DNA of 63,796 nt, filler included, from Octopus bimaculoides (taxonomy: Eukaryota), in NCBI RefSeq assembly GCF_001194135.2. It is 4 parts of 4 records of this genome, joined end to end, with 100 filler letters (N's around TTAATTAATTAA, not from the genome) between each part and the next. Parts side by side here need not be neighbours in the genome. Positions count along the whole stretch, not along the records: positions 17,115 to 46,633 come from NC_068983.1; 3 more parts are not named here. One strand, 5' to 3'. Within the stretch, counting starts at the first letter, position 1. Every line of letters begins with the position of its first letter. The position numbers and the translations under genes are program-made. Below the pieces are notes generated by a model. It did no database searches. It was given only the letters and a program-made list of their open reading frames with translations, and was not told the DNA's origin. Positions 22,723 through 35,784 of the stretch are shown one piece after another.

Positions 22723-25700
22723 AAATCAATAACAAGAGTTGATTGGAATTTTATTTATTGACTCGAAACGATGAGAGGGAAAACAATAATTGTTTTAATT
22801 GTTCGATCAAGAAACTGGTGATTCAATGAAACATAGTGTAAATTGCACAGGCACAAGTAGCTTGTTGAGTTAATCGAACACCTGAATGTGCTTTGTGAAA
22901 ACTGATGAAATATCCATGACTGCTACCTCTCCATCTCAAAGACTTACTGTGTTTGCTGGTATATGTTGTGCATTTTTAAGATTCTAAAATGTATCACAAA
23001 TTTGTCTCGAGTCTAATGCGTCTCTAAGACAACAGAAAACCGAGTGTTCTAAGCTGAGGGAATGGATAGATGTAAGTCACCTAGGAAAAAAAATTGTTTC
23101 TAATATTTGGTTTCAAATTTTGGGACATGGCCAGCAGTTTCGGAGGAGAAGGTAAGAACTGCAACTTATTTTCTCGACCCCGAGAGAATGAAAGGCAAAG
23201 TCCAACTCGGCGGAATTTGAACTCAGAACGTAAAGACGGTTGAAATGCTGCTAACGGTTCTGTCAGTTCACTGGCTTCATTGATACTAATATCAAAATGT
23301 TTAACGGGATTTCATCTGCTTACGATCTGGGTTCAAATTTCGTCGAAGTCGACCTTGCCTTTCATAGTTTCGTGGTCGATAAATTAAGAATCAGTGAAAT
23401 ACTGAGATCGATGTGATCGAATGTCCCCTTTCCACAAATTCCAGGCCTTGCACCTATAGCAGAAAGGATTATTTAATGATTTGTATTTAGGCAACATCTA
23501 AATGAATTCTCCAAGAGAGATGAAAAGAATACTATCAGCTTATCATATACCTGCAACGTGTAGATGACAACAAAATCACAGCGTTGAGTGTATCACACAG
23601 GTGCAAGATCCTGGTGGTCACAAAGTGTCATAGCCAAATATAGAATTTTTATAATTTGTACATTCTCTACAGCAATTCTCGTATAACATAGCTTATATGT
23701 AATGAATTGCTTTATACTTCTTTACTGAATACTGTCACAGCATTGTATATACAAAACCACTTTGAAATATCTTTGAATAAGTGTATGAGGAAACATTCTA
23801 AATGTATTTTGTTTCGTTTTGTTTCTCACAAAATATACTAGTAAAGTAGAGGTGCATCTAATGCAAGAGTCCCCCTTTACAATAAATTTTGTGATTGAAG
23901 GAGTCTAAATATAGTAGTTATAATTTTTAGAAATAAGTGCCATATCTCACAGAAATCACTCCATAAAAGAAATGAAACAAAGCATTGGGAAATGTATAAA
24001 AAAATAAGGTGAGTCACGACTGGAAAGCTTTTGATCTTCAATTGGTTAATTCACGAGCGACTAAAATGCACCTAACTGTACGGATAAATATACATCAACT
24101 TAAACCAATACTCAAATTTATTAATCTTCTGACAGGAGGTGTTTCAACTGCAATCTTGCAGAGTTCTATTTCACCAACATTTCTCTGTCCCTATCGCATC
24201 AAATGTATCCGTCCTATCTTAAGACAGCACGGTAAAACTTTTGGAGCGTTCAGCATTCGAGTTGCCATTTTAGATATTCCTTTGATGAATTGTGAAGTAC
24301 CAAATTCATGCAAACCAGCCATTTATGACAGACTTAGGTAGCCAATACTTGGAATATACATACACACACACGCTCATACACATATATACACTCATATACA
24401 CACAGCTATACATACAGCTGTTTCTGCAATAATATGCTGTGGACTCATGGTTGAGTGCCTAAGTTATACCTTATAGCTTCATCGGAGCCTCGAAAATGAA
24501 GCGCACTTTATATGGGAAAAGGATTATATCTATCAATATATGTAGGAAAAGCATTACCATTTATTCTTACAAATATGCATAAATGTAATTCTTTTCCCCA
24601 TATAAACTGCACTTCATATTCGAGGTTCCAATGACGCGATAAGGGGTTACTCAGGTACTCAACTGTGTGTCCATTGCATTATAGATTAGAAATAACTGTA
24701 AGCTAATGAAGCTCATAAGATAATCGTTTATTCCTTTGTTATTACGTTTTCTTATTACCGTTCTATACTCAACTAACACTTCGTTCTAAAGTATATTAAG
24801 TTCTACACATGTTATGAGTATCATAATGCCTAAGAAAAATATATCTATATCTATATCTACCCCTCCCCCCACACAATGCAAATGTTTCCTCAGGAGGCGT
24901 AGCACGTAAACGAAATGTCTTGGTTGGACAATAATCATGACTGCAGATGTGCTGGGTTCGTATGATATGACGATTAATGAGGTCAGAGACATATAGCCAC
25001 ATCACCGAGTTTTGAGCTATGGTTGAGGTTTTGCTGGTTTTATAAACCACCTGCACATTATATAAACCTTCAATACTGATTACATTTCTCAGTTCCGTAT
25101 GTATGTATGTATGTATGTATGTATTTGTGTGTATATATGTATGCACGTACGTGTGTGCATGTGTGTATGTACACATATATGTATGCATGTATATATATAT
25201 ATATATATNNNNNNNNNNNNNNNNNNNNNNNNNNNNNNNNNNNNNNNNNNNNNNNNNNNNNNNNNNNNNNNNNNNNNNNNNNNNNNNNNNNNNNNNNNNN
25301 NNNNNNNNNNNNNNNNNNNNNNNNNNNNNNNNNNNNNNNNNNNNNNNNNNNNNNNNNNNNNNNNNNNNNNNNNNNNNNNNNNNNNNNNNNNNNNNNNNNN
25401 NNNNNNNNNNNNNNNNNNNNNNNNNNNNNNNNNNNNNNNNNNNNNNNNNNNNNNNNNNNNNNNNNNNNNNNNNNNNNNNNNNNNNNNNNNNNNNNNNNNN
25501 NNNNNNNNNNNNNNNNNNNNNNNNNNNNNNNNNNNNNNNNNNNNNNNNNNNNNNNNNNNNNNNNNNNNNNNNNNNNNNNNNNNNNNNNNNNNNNNNNNNN
25601 NNNNNNNNNNNNNNNNNNNNNNNNNNNNNNNNNNNNNNNNNNNNNNNNNNNNNNNNNNNNNNNNNNNNNNNNNNNNNNNNNNNNNNNNNNNNNNNNNNNN

Positions 25701-26898
25701 NNNNNNNNNNNNNNNNNNNNNNNNNNNNNNNNNNNNNNNNNNNNNNNNNNNNNNNNNNNNNNNNNNNNNNNNNNNNNNNNNNNNNNNNNNNNNNNNNNNN
25801 NNNNNNNNNNNNNNNNNNNNNNNNNNNNNNNNNNNNNNNNNNNNNNNNNNNNNNNNNNNNNNNNNNNNNNNNNNNNNNNNNNNNNNNNNNNNTACACACA
25901 TAATTTTTCTCGTCTGGCCGTAAAGCCTTTTCTGTTTGTTTTCCTGTCTTGTTTTTTGTCCGCCACTACATTCCTCCATGGCTAGATTTAATTTGCGTAT
26001 ACAAATTAATCTGCGATCCATGGGACGAGCCGTTTTAGCGATGCGTCCTGCCCAAGCTCGTCGAAACGCCGGTGTTAAAACGTGGGTGGCTGATGAAGGA
26101 GATGTTCTCTATGTGGCTCGTGTGTTCTCGTCTACGTTTGTTTGCAATGTCCTGTACCCAGATATGCACCTATACATACAGGTGGATGTCGGTATGCACA
26201 TACCTGTACGTATATATGCATATACTCATTTACTATTTGTTTATATATATATATATATATATATATAAATCTTTCATCTTTCACTTGTTTCAGTCATTAG
26301 ACGGCAGGCATGCTAGAACACCAAACTGAAGAATTTTTATCCGAATGAACCGACTGTATACGGCGGCTTCTTTCAGTTTCTGTCTATCCAATCCACTCGT
26401 AGGGCTTTGGTCAGCCCCAAGCTATAGTAGATGACACTTGCCCAAGGTGCCATGCAGTAGGACTGAAGCCGGAACCATGTGGCTGGAAGCCAGCTTCTTA
26501 CCACACAGCCACACCTATAGATATCGAATCTCCTGCGAGTTAAAATAGAATCCCTTGATGACAATGTAAACTTCGTTTGATTAAGGTAATTTTAGCCCGA
26601 CGAGTAGCTAGCAGATTACGCACTCGTTTCTGCAATTACTACTCCCGATTTTCTTGCAGCTATGAAAAATTTAGCCAGGATTTTTATCTCCGCCATTTCT
26701 TAATTTTGGATTTTCATTCGTATACACATCAACCTCAGCTGCTAACCATGAACTACGAAATAACATTTTTCAGCTTGGGAAATATTTACAACCTTCTACG
26801 CCAATAAATCACTATTGGCCCTGAAAGTTTTTTTATATACCTTCTACGGACTGCTCGAAGCTTATGAAATTCCTACATCTTGATCCTTGAATGTTACC

Positions 26899-26966
<68 letters not shown>

Positions 26967-27143
26967 GACACACACATACAGACACACATACATGGACTGT
27001 CTAATAAAATTTTAGGGATATGTAGCAGCTGCATTTAGGAAGTCGAGCCTCTACTTAGATATTTCTTTATTGGATTTAATCGTATATATGAGAAATATGA
27101 ATGATCAAACACATTCCAACCAGTAATTCATGACACACAAGGT

Positions 27144-27178
<35 letters not shown>

Positions 27179-30099
27179 GTCATGATGCTATGGAAGTCTA
27201 AAAAAGATGTCTAATAACCGTTGTAAGAAAAAGACAAGTTAAATGTTTCTTTTATTTAATGTTTCTGCCTACACGTATAGGAAGACTTTAGATAAGGTAC
27301 ATATATCCTAGAGAAGCAATTGTTCCTCTATGGTATACTTTACAAAGTTTCGGGATGTTTTTCAACGCTTTGGCATGGTTTTCAAACCAATTTCAAAATC
27401 TCAAAGTGATTCCATACGAAATATATTGTATATTTATGTGATATTTAATATCATAATCATGTTTCAGTGGTATTGATTTAATATCGCATAAATACATTTT
27501 TTGTTTATTAGACACTTCTTTAAAAGCCGATATAAGCTCCACTTAGCTCTTTTGCATAAATAAATAAACATAATAATTTAGAAGATGTGGCATAATTATG
27601 TACGATTTCTGTATGCAAAATAATACTTAATGTTTACAGCATATATACATGGTTCTACAATATTCAGGCTTGCAGCAAAACAACGGTTTGAGTTATAAAC
27701 GCATAGCAACAAATTTTGAAAATGTTGAAAATATCATATTGCGAAGCTATGGTTATTTCTGAAGACAATAATAATATATGACACATAACGTGTGAAGCCA
27801 TGGAATAAAGGAATGAATAGATTCTATATAAATATATATTTATAGCCTGCTACCAAAATTACTTCTGTAGCGCTGCTAAAGTGTATATTCATAAAAAAAT
27901 CTACATGATTTAGATGTGTACAAATTCTGAGGATTATACACAGACAAACAAATGTGTAGAGAGGGAAAAATATTCGAAGATATAACCATATTAGAAAATA
28001 TTTATTTGAAAGTTGTAGTTGTTTGGCAATCAATTTAAGTTTGTAACAAAAGGCGCTGAGCTGGCAGAATCATTACCGCATCTGAAAAAAATGCTTTGTG
28101 GCATTTCTTCCGATTTTAGTTTTCATTTCAAATACCATCGGAATCAGCTTTACACTTCATCTTTCAGGTTGATAAAATGAATACCAGGTGAGCGCTGAGG
28201 TCGATGTTATCGACTTACCTTTCTCCCGAAATAGCTGGCATTGTTCCAAAACTTGAAACCAATAGTAGTTTATAACAAAACCGTTATAAATGTTGAAACT
28301 TATTTCTGGACTCCAGATATTAGAATCACATAAGGAAAGATGTTGTTCTTATTTAGTCTCGGTCAATCCCAGATTGCGCATCTGCGACAAAATTATCTAA
28401 AGTGTGTAACCTTTTAAAAATGGTAGATGAGATTTTGAAAGGCTTGGTTGCATTTAGGAGTCCCATTGTTGTCTACAGCAAATCTAGGTAATGTGTTGAA
28501 AGGATTGTATATGATAAAACATGAAGTTAGATGTCTCATGACAGACCAGATGGTGAATATTAAAAGGCATTTCTTGTACTTTAAAATGATAGGGTCTCAT
28601 TTATGAGAATGTCTCTTAATAATACCAGCAGATCACGTAGTTATGTAGAATCGCTTTCGGTTCCTTAAAGGAGGGGCTAATCTCGAATGTAGCAGGGAGT
28701 TCATTTATGGATAAATTATTTTAATTTAATGAATATGTTATGTGTTTTAAAAAATTGAACATCTAAGAAATTTCGATGAATTATCATACACAAAAATGGC
28801 CAGTCCAGCAGAGACCAAAAGTTGACAAAAGGCGCGAATAATCTCACGTCAGAGAACAAAGCATTAATAAACCTCAAACGAGAGTTTAACCACGAAGACC
28901 GAAATGTATGTACCTTATATGAAAATGAAAAAAGTAAAGCAGCTTGCGTCAGATTTTGACAAATATAATTTATAAGCCTGTGCTATTTCTAAATTGTGAT
29001 TATTCAGATTTGATAAACTTATATTGAAAGATGAAAACTAAAAAGGCATGTTTACGGAATGTTCTGTTCGATAAGGGTTTTGGAGCTACACCATGGGATT
29101 ATTAATGACTAAATGATGAAAAGAACTTAGTGAATGACAGCTAATCACTAAGAGGATTTTGTTTGCTCGATTCAGATTTACACAAGTGTGCTTTGTTTCC
29201 TCATACGGAACTATATAACTTCTGTATCAATTAAACATAACAGCATCGAAAACTCCTCGGAGATAATTCAGAGCCTCCGAGGCTGGTGAGAGAGACTGAG
29301 AGACCGAGAAAGAGAGGCGTAAAGATGATCCGAAACTTGTTTTTGAGTGAACTTCACTAAAATTACCCAACACATAAATGTTGGTGTTGTACCAGGCGTA
29401 GAATAAATTCTACAAGCCAAGAACAGGAACAGTCTCTGCCACAGGCAGTTTCTCTTCATCAAATTTACTCATAAATTTACTCACTTCTGTCTGACTTGAG
29501 TCAATAGTAAAATACACTCCTTTATCCCCTAAGATGTCTACCACACAAGAACAATCCCAAACCATTTAGTTGTGAAGGGGTTTCTTTTATCATATATCAA
29601 CGCATGTACCAGAAATTACTATTTCCAGTATATAAAAACAAATACTGCTAAAACGAAATAGCTTCAAAGTATTTCGATCGCAACAAAGAGGTTAAAAATT
29701 TAGTCGAAATGAATGATGGTCACTACAATGTCGAAACAATGTCTCGTACTGATAGAATGAAAAGAACTAAAAGTTTAGAAGAAAACTTCTCGTATGAATG
29801 GAAAACATATATTTGTTATTTTACAGATATTAATTATTGGTTTCAAATTTTGGCATAAAGCAAGCAATTGCGGTTGTGAGGGTAAGTTGATTACATTGCT
29901 CCCAGTGCTCAAATGGTACTTATGTTGTCAACCTCCAAAAAATGAAAGGCAAAGTCTATCTCGGCAGAACGTAAGCATGGACGTAAACATAGACGAAATG
30001 CCGCTAAGCACTTTGCCCTGCGTGCTAACGATTCTACCAGCTAGCAGCCTCACCAGACATTAATTATTAATAATTAAATGGGGACGTAAAATGGGGAGA

Positions 30100-31300
30100 A
30101 TGAGCATCTGGGGTGGAATGGTACTTAAAAAGCTCTACAAGAAGCAGGAAACGTAACATTGCGAACGGGAAGAAGTCTGAAGGAAAAAAAGGATTACGCA
30201 AAAGATGAGACATGACAGAAAAGGAAGTTAATAAGATTTGAATCCGCATCTCCGATCAAAGATTACCTCAAGTAAAAAATTTAATTTGCTAGCTTTAATA
30301 GCAAAGTAAAAAGGTACTTGAATGACATTGCACATTAAACTGAAACCGAAATGAATACGAGAAGAATGAGGAAATCGAAATTAGCTTTGACTGTCAAGAA
30401 ACGTAATTAGTGATATGACCATGAATAACAAAGAGCTCAAAATTAGAAATGCCATTAAACAATTACAGAATGATGATTGTTTATATGGAATAGTATACCG
30501 TGATGGTAAGAAGTGAGAAGCAATAACAATTGAGCTTAACATATTATTAAATTGAAATTGAATGTAAAGAACAAAGGTTGAAATGTAACTGTTGTAATCA
30601 AAATACGTGAAAAAGACGCGTCTGAGTGTCTGCTGTGTGATCCTAAGCAGAAATGAACCCAGAGTAGATAGGATTCTGAAGAAGGAATAAACAGGTTCCA
30701 GAATTGAGATATCTGATGTGTAAATCTTCATAATAAAGCAAATTACACAAGAGAGAAATGAAGGGAGGTTTCCGTTAAGTCTATGTCTTGCTAAGTTTCA
30801 TGCTTGTTTTGATAGTATATCACAAGTTAATGATAAGATGTGGCATATATCGGAAATTAGTAATCTAATTCTAAACATTCGTAAAAGAACCTTGTCTTAG
30901 GTATTCGGAGACGAACTGTTAAGTAGTTTTTAGTACTCTAATATCATGTATATTGTCTCCTTAATTCTTGTATGTGAATGATAATGCAATGGAGATAATT
31001 GTGCTGTACAGTATTTGTGTAATGCGTCGCAGATGCCAGCCAATCTAGATTATGTTGAAACAAAATTGCAGATAAATGCAGCGGATACCGCATAGCTTAA
31101 CAAGAGAAGTAAGAGAGACTGGTTTGCACATAATATGTTGAAAGACAGAAATTAAGATTATAAACTCTATCAATCCTTCTAGTCGTAGAGCAGACGGAGA
31201 GTCATTGATCACATTATTAAGTTGAGAACCGCGGATGTAAAACTTTGGTTTAGAGCTTGCGAGAAGAATTAAAAAGTCAAGCAAGAAATGAACATGCTAA
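30100..31300 (+). mobile_element. Highly decayed RTE reverse-transcriptase fragment
   Basis: IRNAIKQLQN; RVDRILKKE*TGSR..IFIIKQITQE..PLSLCLAKFHACFDSI matches the RT motif EQAGFR..DQIF.LRQI.E..PL.LCF.DF..AFDS; LDY follows. Confidence 0.65.
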
Positions 31301-32589
31301 TCTTTACGTGGAAACTCAACTATTTCTCGAGGCGCACATACAAGGTATAAAATTATATGTTCCCGGTGAAAGCGATATTTCCGCTATTTTGGGAGACTAC
31401 CATTGATTTTGTGACAAAACGCTTTGCGTAGTATATTTTGGAATCAAGTGGAAAGATCATGTGAGAAACACAAAGTGAGAGATGGTTGACATTACACATC
31501 ACTACATGGTGATGATCATCAACTATAGACAAGATGCAAGCCTTATTCCAAATGTTTCCAACATAATGGAAGATGGCAAAAGAGGAAGATGGGAAAGCGT
31601 AATTATTTTCGGTGAAAAAGATGGGATGGAAGCAGGTAAAGAACGTTGGAAAGATTTAAAAGAGTGGACAAGATCAGAGTGTTTGATGGAAATTTCATGG
31701 AAACACTGTGCATCCCATGAGTACAATAGATTTTAAAATGTATGCATTGTGTATCACATGCCTTATAAGTCACTCTAAAGATATTTCTTAGTGTCTGTCT
31801 CATTGGCCATTGGCAGAGGTCTACTATAATCTCCACTTGTGAAGTTTGCAGATATACCATACCCATCTGCCTTCTCCCTCGATAATGAATATAGGGCTGG
31901 CTTTGAAAACAAAATAAAATTAAGGAGGAACCGTTACACAGTAGACCTGGACCCTGAACAAATACCTTGTTTTTGCAGACATTGAGTTCGGATCTGATTA
32001 TTCTGCATTGACTCAGTGAGCCATTAGTGAACATAAAGTCTACATTGACCACTTGCTGTATGAATCTTTGTTTGCAAAACCAAACCGTAATGATGTGGTG
32101 TAGTGAAAATAACTGTGTTCTAGGAAATATAATAAAATAGAATGTTTCATGTTTATCAGATAGTTCAATATATGAGATAAAATTTATTTAGCAATGGCTT
32201 GTTAGTATGTTTAACACATACTTAGTGTTGCAGACAAATTGTTTTACACCAAGTCGAAAGACGACATAATTCTGTGATATGTTTGACAAGTTCGTTAGTT
32301 CACACGTCAAGGGACAGCGTAGCCGCTATATAAGTTGCCGAGGTTAGCATATATATTGTACTTATAGAAAGAATACACGTCGTTTGGTTGACACATCAGG
32401 GTTGATTTTAATTTCATAATATTACAATATCTCAGATGTACGCATAACTAAATTTGCAAATGGAAAGCAATATTTAGTTTTGGTTAATTTATTCTACTTT
32501 TCGACAATTTCGATAATATGAAGATAGTTACATATAGGTTACAATTAATCAATTTCACTGATCCCCGAGTAAATTTTGCTCTGTACTTA

Positions 32590-33804
32590 CGAGGGGTGTT
32601 AATTAAAATTCCCCTGACCCACTTCCCAAGGACTGAGATAGACGAAACTTGACATAATTATTAGTCCTTTTCTACATAGCCACCATCAGTAGTGACACAC
32701 TTCTTCCATCACTATAGGCAGCTGTGAAGTCCTTGTCTGCAGAAGTTGGTAGGTTGCGTCCAGCGCCAAATAAGTTCATCATCCGAAAAGTGCTTTCCCT
32801 TAAAAAAAGACTTCATGATTGGAAAGAGGTGGAAGTCAGATGGTGTGAGGTCGAGAGAGTAAGGTGGATGAAGAAGGGTTTCATAGCTGCAGGAGTGTGA
32901 TTTCATCTGGAGAACATGCGCATTGTGAACTGGGCCGTTGTCTTGGAAGAGGCCGTTGTCTTGATCAGCATGCCACGTCTCTCTGCTTTGATGGCATCCT
33001 ACGATTTCTGCAGCAGTGAAACATAATTGTGGTGCACCTTGCCAGAAAATCCATCATCAGTACTCCGTGCTGGTCCCAACAGACTGAGCATCACTTAGCT
33101 TGCTGAGGGTTGGATACGAGTCTTCTTTGGATGTTTAAATATATGTTGCTATTGCTTCGACTGGACTTTCAAGATCATTGTAACGGAGTCATGTTTCATG
33201 CTGTGTGGTAAGTCTGCCGAAAAAGTCCTCCTTGTTTTCTTAGCAAAAAGAACCTGGAAGCAATTGACTCGTTCCTGCTTCTGAAAATGTGTGAGCATTC
33301 AGGGAATCCATCGTGCAAAAAACTTCTGCATGTGCAAATGGTCGTGAATGATTCTTTTCTGTGATCCTATTCTTATCTTAACTTCTAGATCCTCCAACAT
33401 GGCGGCTTCCACTTTATAGATGGTGTCGCTTTCACTGACGCAATGTGGTCGTCCAGGAATAGGACCAGTTTCCATCGATGTCCGACCACATTTGTACTGG
33501 CGGTACCCGTGCTTGTCTACAGCGTATGATGGTGCATCGTCACCATAAACTTCTTTCATTTCATCGAAAGTCTCTTTTGGTGTACGACCTTTCATGTATA
33601 AGAACCTGATCACTGATTTGCATTCAACTGCCTCCATTATAACACCTTAGTCCACTTCAGCAACCGTAAAGATAAACGAATACTATTTGAAAGGTGCAAT
33701 TTACAATATGACATGTAGAGACTTGTATAATTATACCTGTACAAGTTTCCTTTCCTGCAATAACCAAAAATGGGTCAGAGGAGATCCTTAATGAACAGTC
33801 CTCG
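32590..33804 (-). mobile_element. Near full-length mariner (Tc1/mariner) element with disrupted transposase
   Basis: Imperfect ~30-bp TIRs (ta|cgaggggtgttaattaaaattcccctgaccca and tgggtcagaggagatccttaatgaacagtcctcg). ORF pieces 33299-33637 (VIRFLY..GRP..WIP) and 32712-32906 (HPPYSLDLTPSDFHLF). Confidence 0.92.
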
Positions 33805-34199
33805 AAATAGCAGTAATAATTATACTCACTTATTCAATAATTAAGTCATCGACAAGCCGAGTTATAAATCCAACAACGCCTGGTAACTAGTGTATCTTTC
33901 AAAATAAATGAAAATTGATTTTTAAAAGTTCAGAGGAGAAACATTAAAGGGGACAGAAATAGGATATATAGCATTAGGAATTATAAAATATATTCGATAA
34001 ATATAACGTTTCAAAAATCCCAGTTTTTTTTCGTTAATATAACAAACTGGGGATTGATGAATTTTGACAATGTGGTCAGTTATGTTATAACTGAAAGAAA
34101 CTACGGAATGTCTAACATATGAAATTATAGGCAAGGTTTATTCTATCAAGCATAAAAACGACAGTATCACAATAAGTTGCTACTTCCTTTGATAATGGA

Positions 34200-34520
34200 A
34201 ATTGATATAATTCTAATATTTTTTTTAATAAATTTTTATGATGTATTCTGGATGAAGTGCCCTTGGGATCAATGACATCATGTGGTTGATGCATTTCTTG
34301 AACAACTGCAAATCAATGATAACAGAAAGAATGAGCAGGAAGGGTCTTTAGGAGGGAAGGAGAATGGAATGGAGTGCCTAATTCATATTCTGGAGAAATG
34401 TGGTGATGATATTTGCAGTGACAGATAGAGATGAGAAGCACAATATCTGCTTGACCCGTGATAGCGTATCTGTAGCTTTGACTCCATATGAATAAACAGG
34501 CTGACCTTAATTTGGCTGCG
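34200..34520 (+). mobile_element. Possible decayed LINE RT fragment
   Basis: ILEKCGDDIC..EAQYLLD..RICS..IN loosely resembles YADDI..ELQ.LL...C..GL.IN. Confidence 0.3.
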
Positions 34521-35180
34521 GTATGCTACGTTCGTATGTATCAAATCATCAGCGGCAGCAACAAAAATACTGTTCAAGTATTTAAGTGCTGAGCGTATAT
34601 TTTCTGAGTGAACAAAAAAAAAATATATATAATACTTTTGTTAAAGATAGCAACCAGCAATAAAATCGTGTCAGCAAAAATTAAATAGATTATTTTCAAT
34701 ATATGGAAGATAAATTTGTATAAAACGAAAATATCTGTTTAACTTGTTATTAGCAGGAGTTATGCTAAGTCAGACTTGTTGATTTAAACTGAAGTTTAAA
34801 TTGATATTGATTTAAAACGTTTAATGAAACCGACAAACATTGAAAATTTAATCGGCAAGTTAATTAAAACAAAGAAAATAGAAGCCGTATGCAATATATA
34901 TATCAATGGGAAGAATTAGTTGTTGATTCAGATAATTCTGAAGTTGTCACTTCCTAACTTTGCAAGATAGTACATCTTTAAAGGAAATCTGAGCAGTAGC
35001 TATTGAACAGGGAACAACACTGACAAGGACAGCTGACCTATCTTGTATATGTGTGTGTTCTCGTGTGTATGCACACACACAAACATATACATATATATGT
35101 ATACACACATACACACATACACACACACACATATATATGTATACACACAGAATATATGTCTATATACACACGCATATGAA

Positions 35181-35466
35181 GGCGCATGGCTCAGTAGACC
35201 GGGCGGCGTGTTGTGAACTGGAGCAAGACACTTTATTTCACGTTGCTCCAGTTCACTCAGCCGTAGTAATGAGTTGCGACGTTACTGGTGCCAAGCTGTA
35301 TCGGCCCCTTTGTCTTCTCCTTGGATAACATCGGTGGCGTGGAGAGAGGAGGCTGGTATGCATGGACGACTGCTGATCTTCCATAAACAACCTTACCTGG
35401 AATTGTGCCTCGGAGGGTAACTTTGTAGGTGCAATTCCAGGGTCACTCATGACCGAAGGTGGTTAC
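35181..35466 (+). mobile_element. tRNA-derived SINE (gagcaagacactttatttcacgttgctccag core)
   Basis: A-box-like ggcgcatggctcagt; core shared with the 75-375 family but with a different 3' part. Confidence 0.6.
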
Positions 35467-35784
35467 CCATACACACACACGCACACACACATATGTGTGT
35501 GTGTGTGCGTGTGTGCGGGTGTATGTATGTATGTATGTGTGTGCGTGTACGAGTATATATATGTATATATTTTGTTTATAGTGACAAAATGTTCGTGTTC
35601 ACATAAACTCAATCCACCATCAGATCGACATTATCTGTACAGGTGCAGCATGTCGCAGAACAACGTGAAATGAAGTTTTTTCTCAAGAACACAACGTAAC
35701 GCCCGGTCTGGAAATCGAAACCACTATCTTGCAATCGTGAGTGCAACACCCTAACAACTAAAGATGCGCCTCTGTGTGGTTGTT

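Noticed and set aside
24009-24341. 110-aa plus ORF, with a near-open antisense frame
   Set aside because: Non-ATG start, no recognisable motif and no convincing splice pair. Left unannotated pending BLAST.
26650-26830. Signal-peptide-like MKNLARIFISAI.. after an acceptor
   Set aside because: Stop after 13 codons; the hydrophobicity is explained by AT-rich codons.
29705-29750. Hammerhead-like gaaacaatgtc motif
   Set aside because: No CUGANGA core at the right spacing and no stem II.
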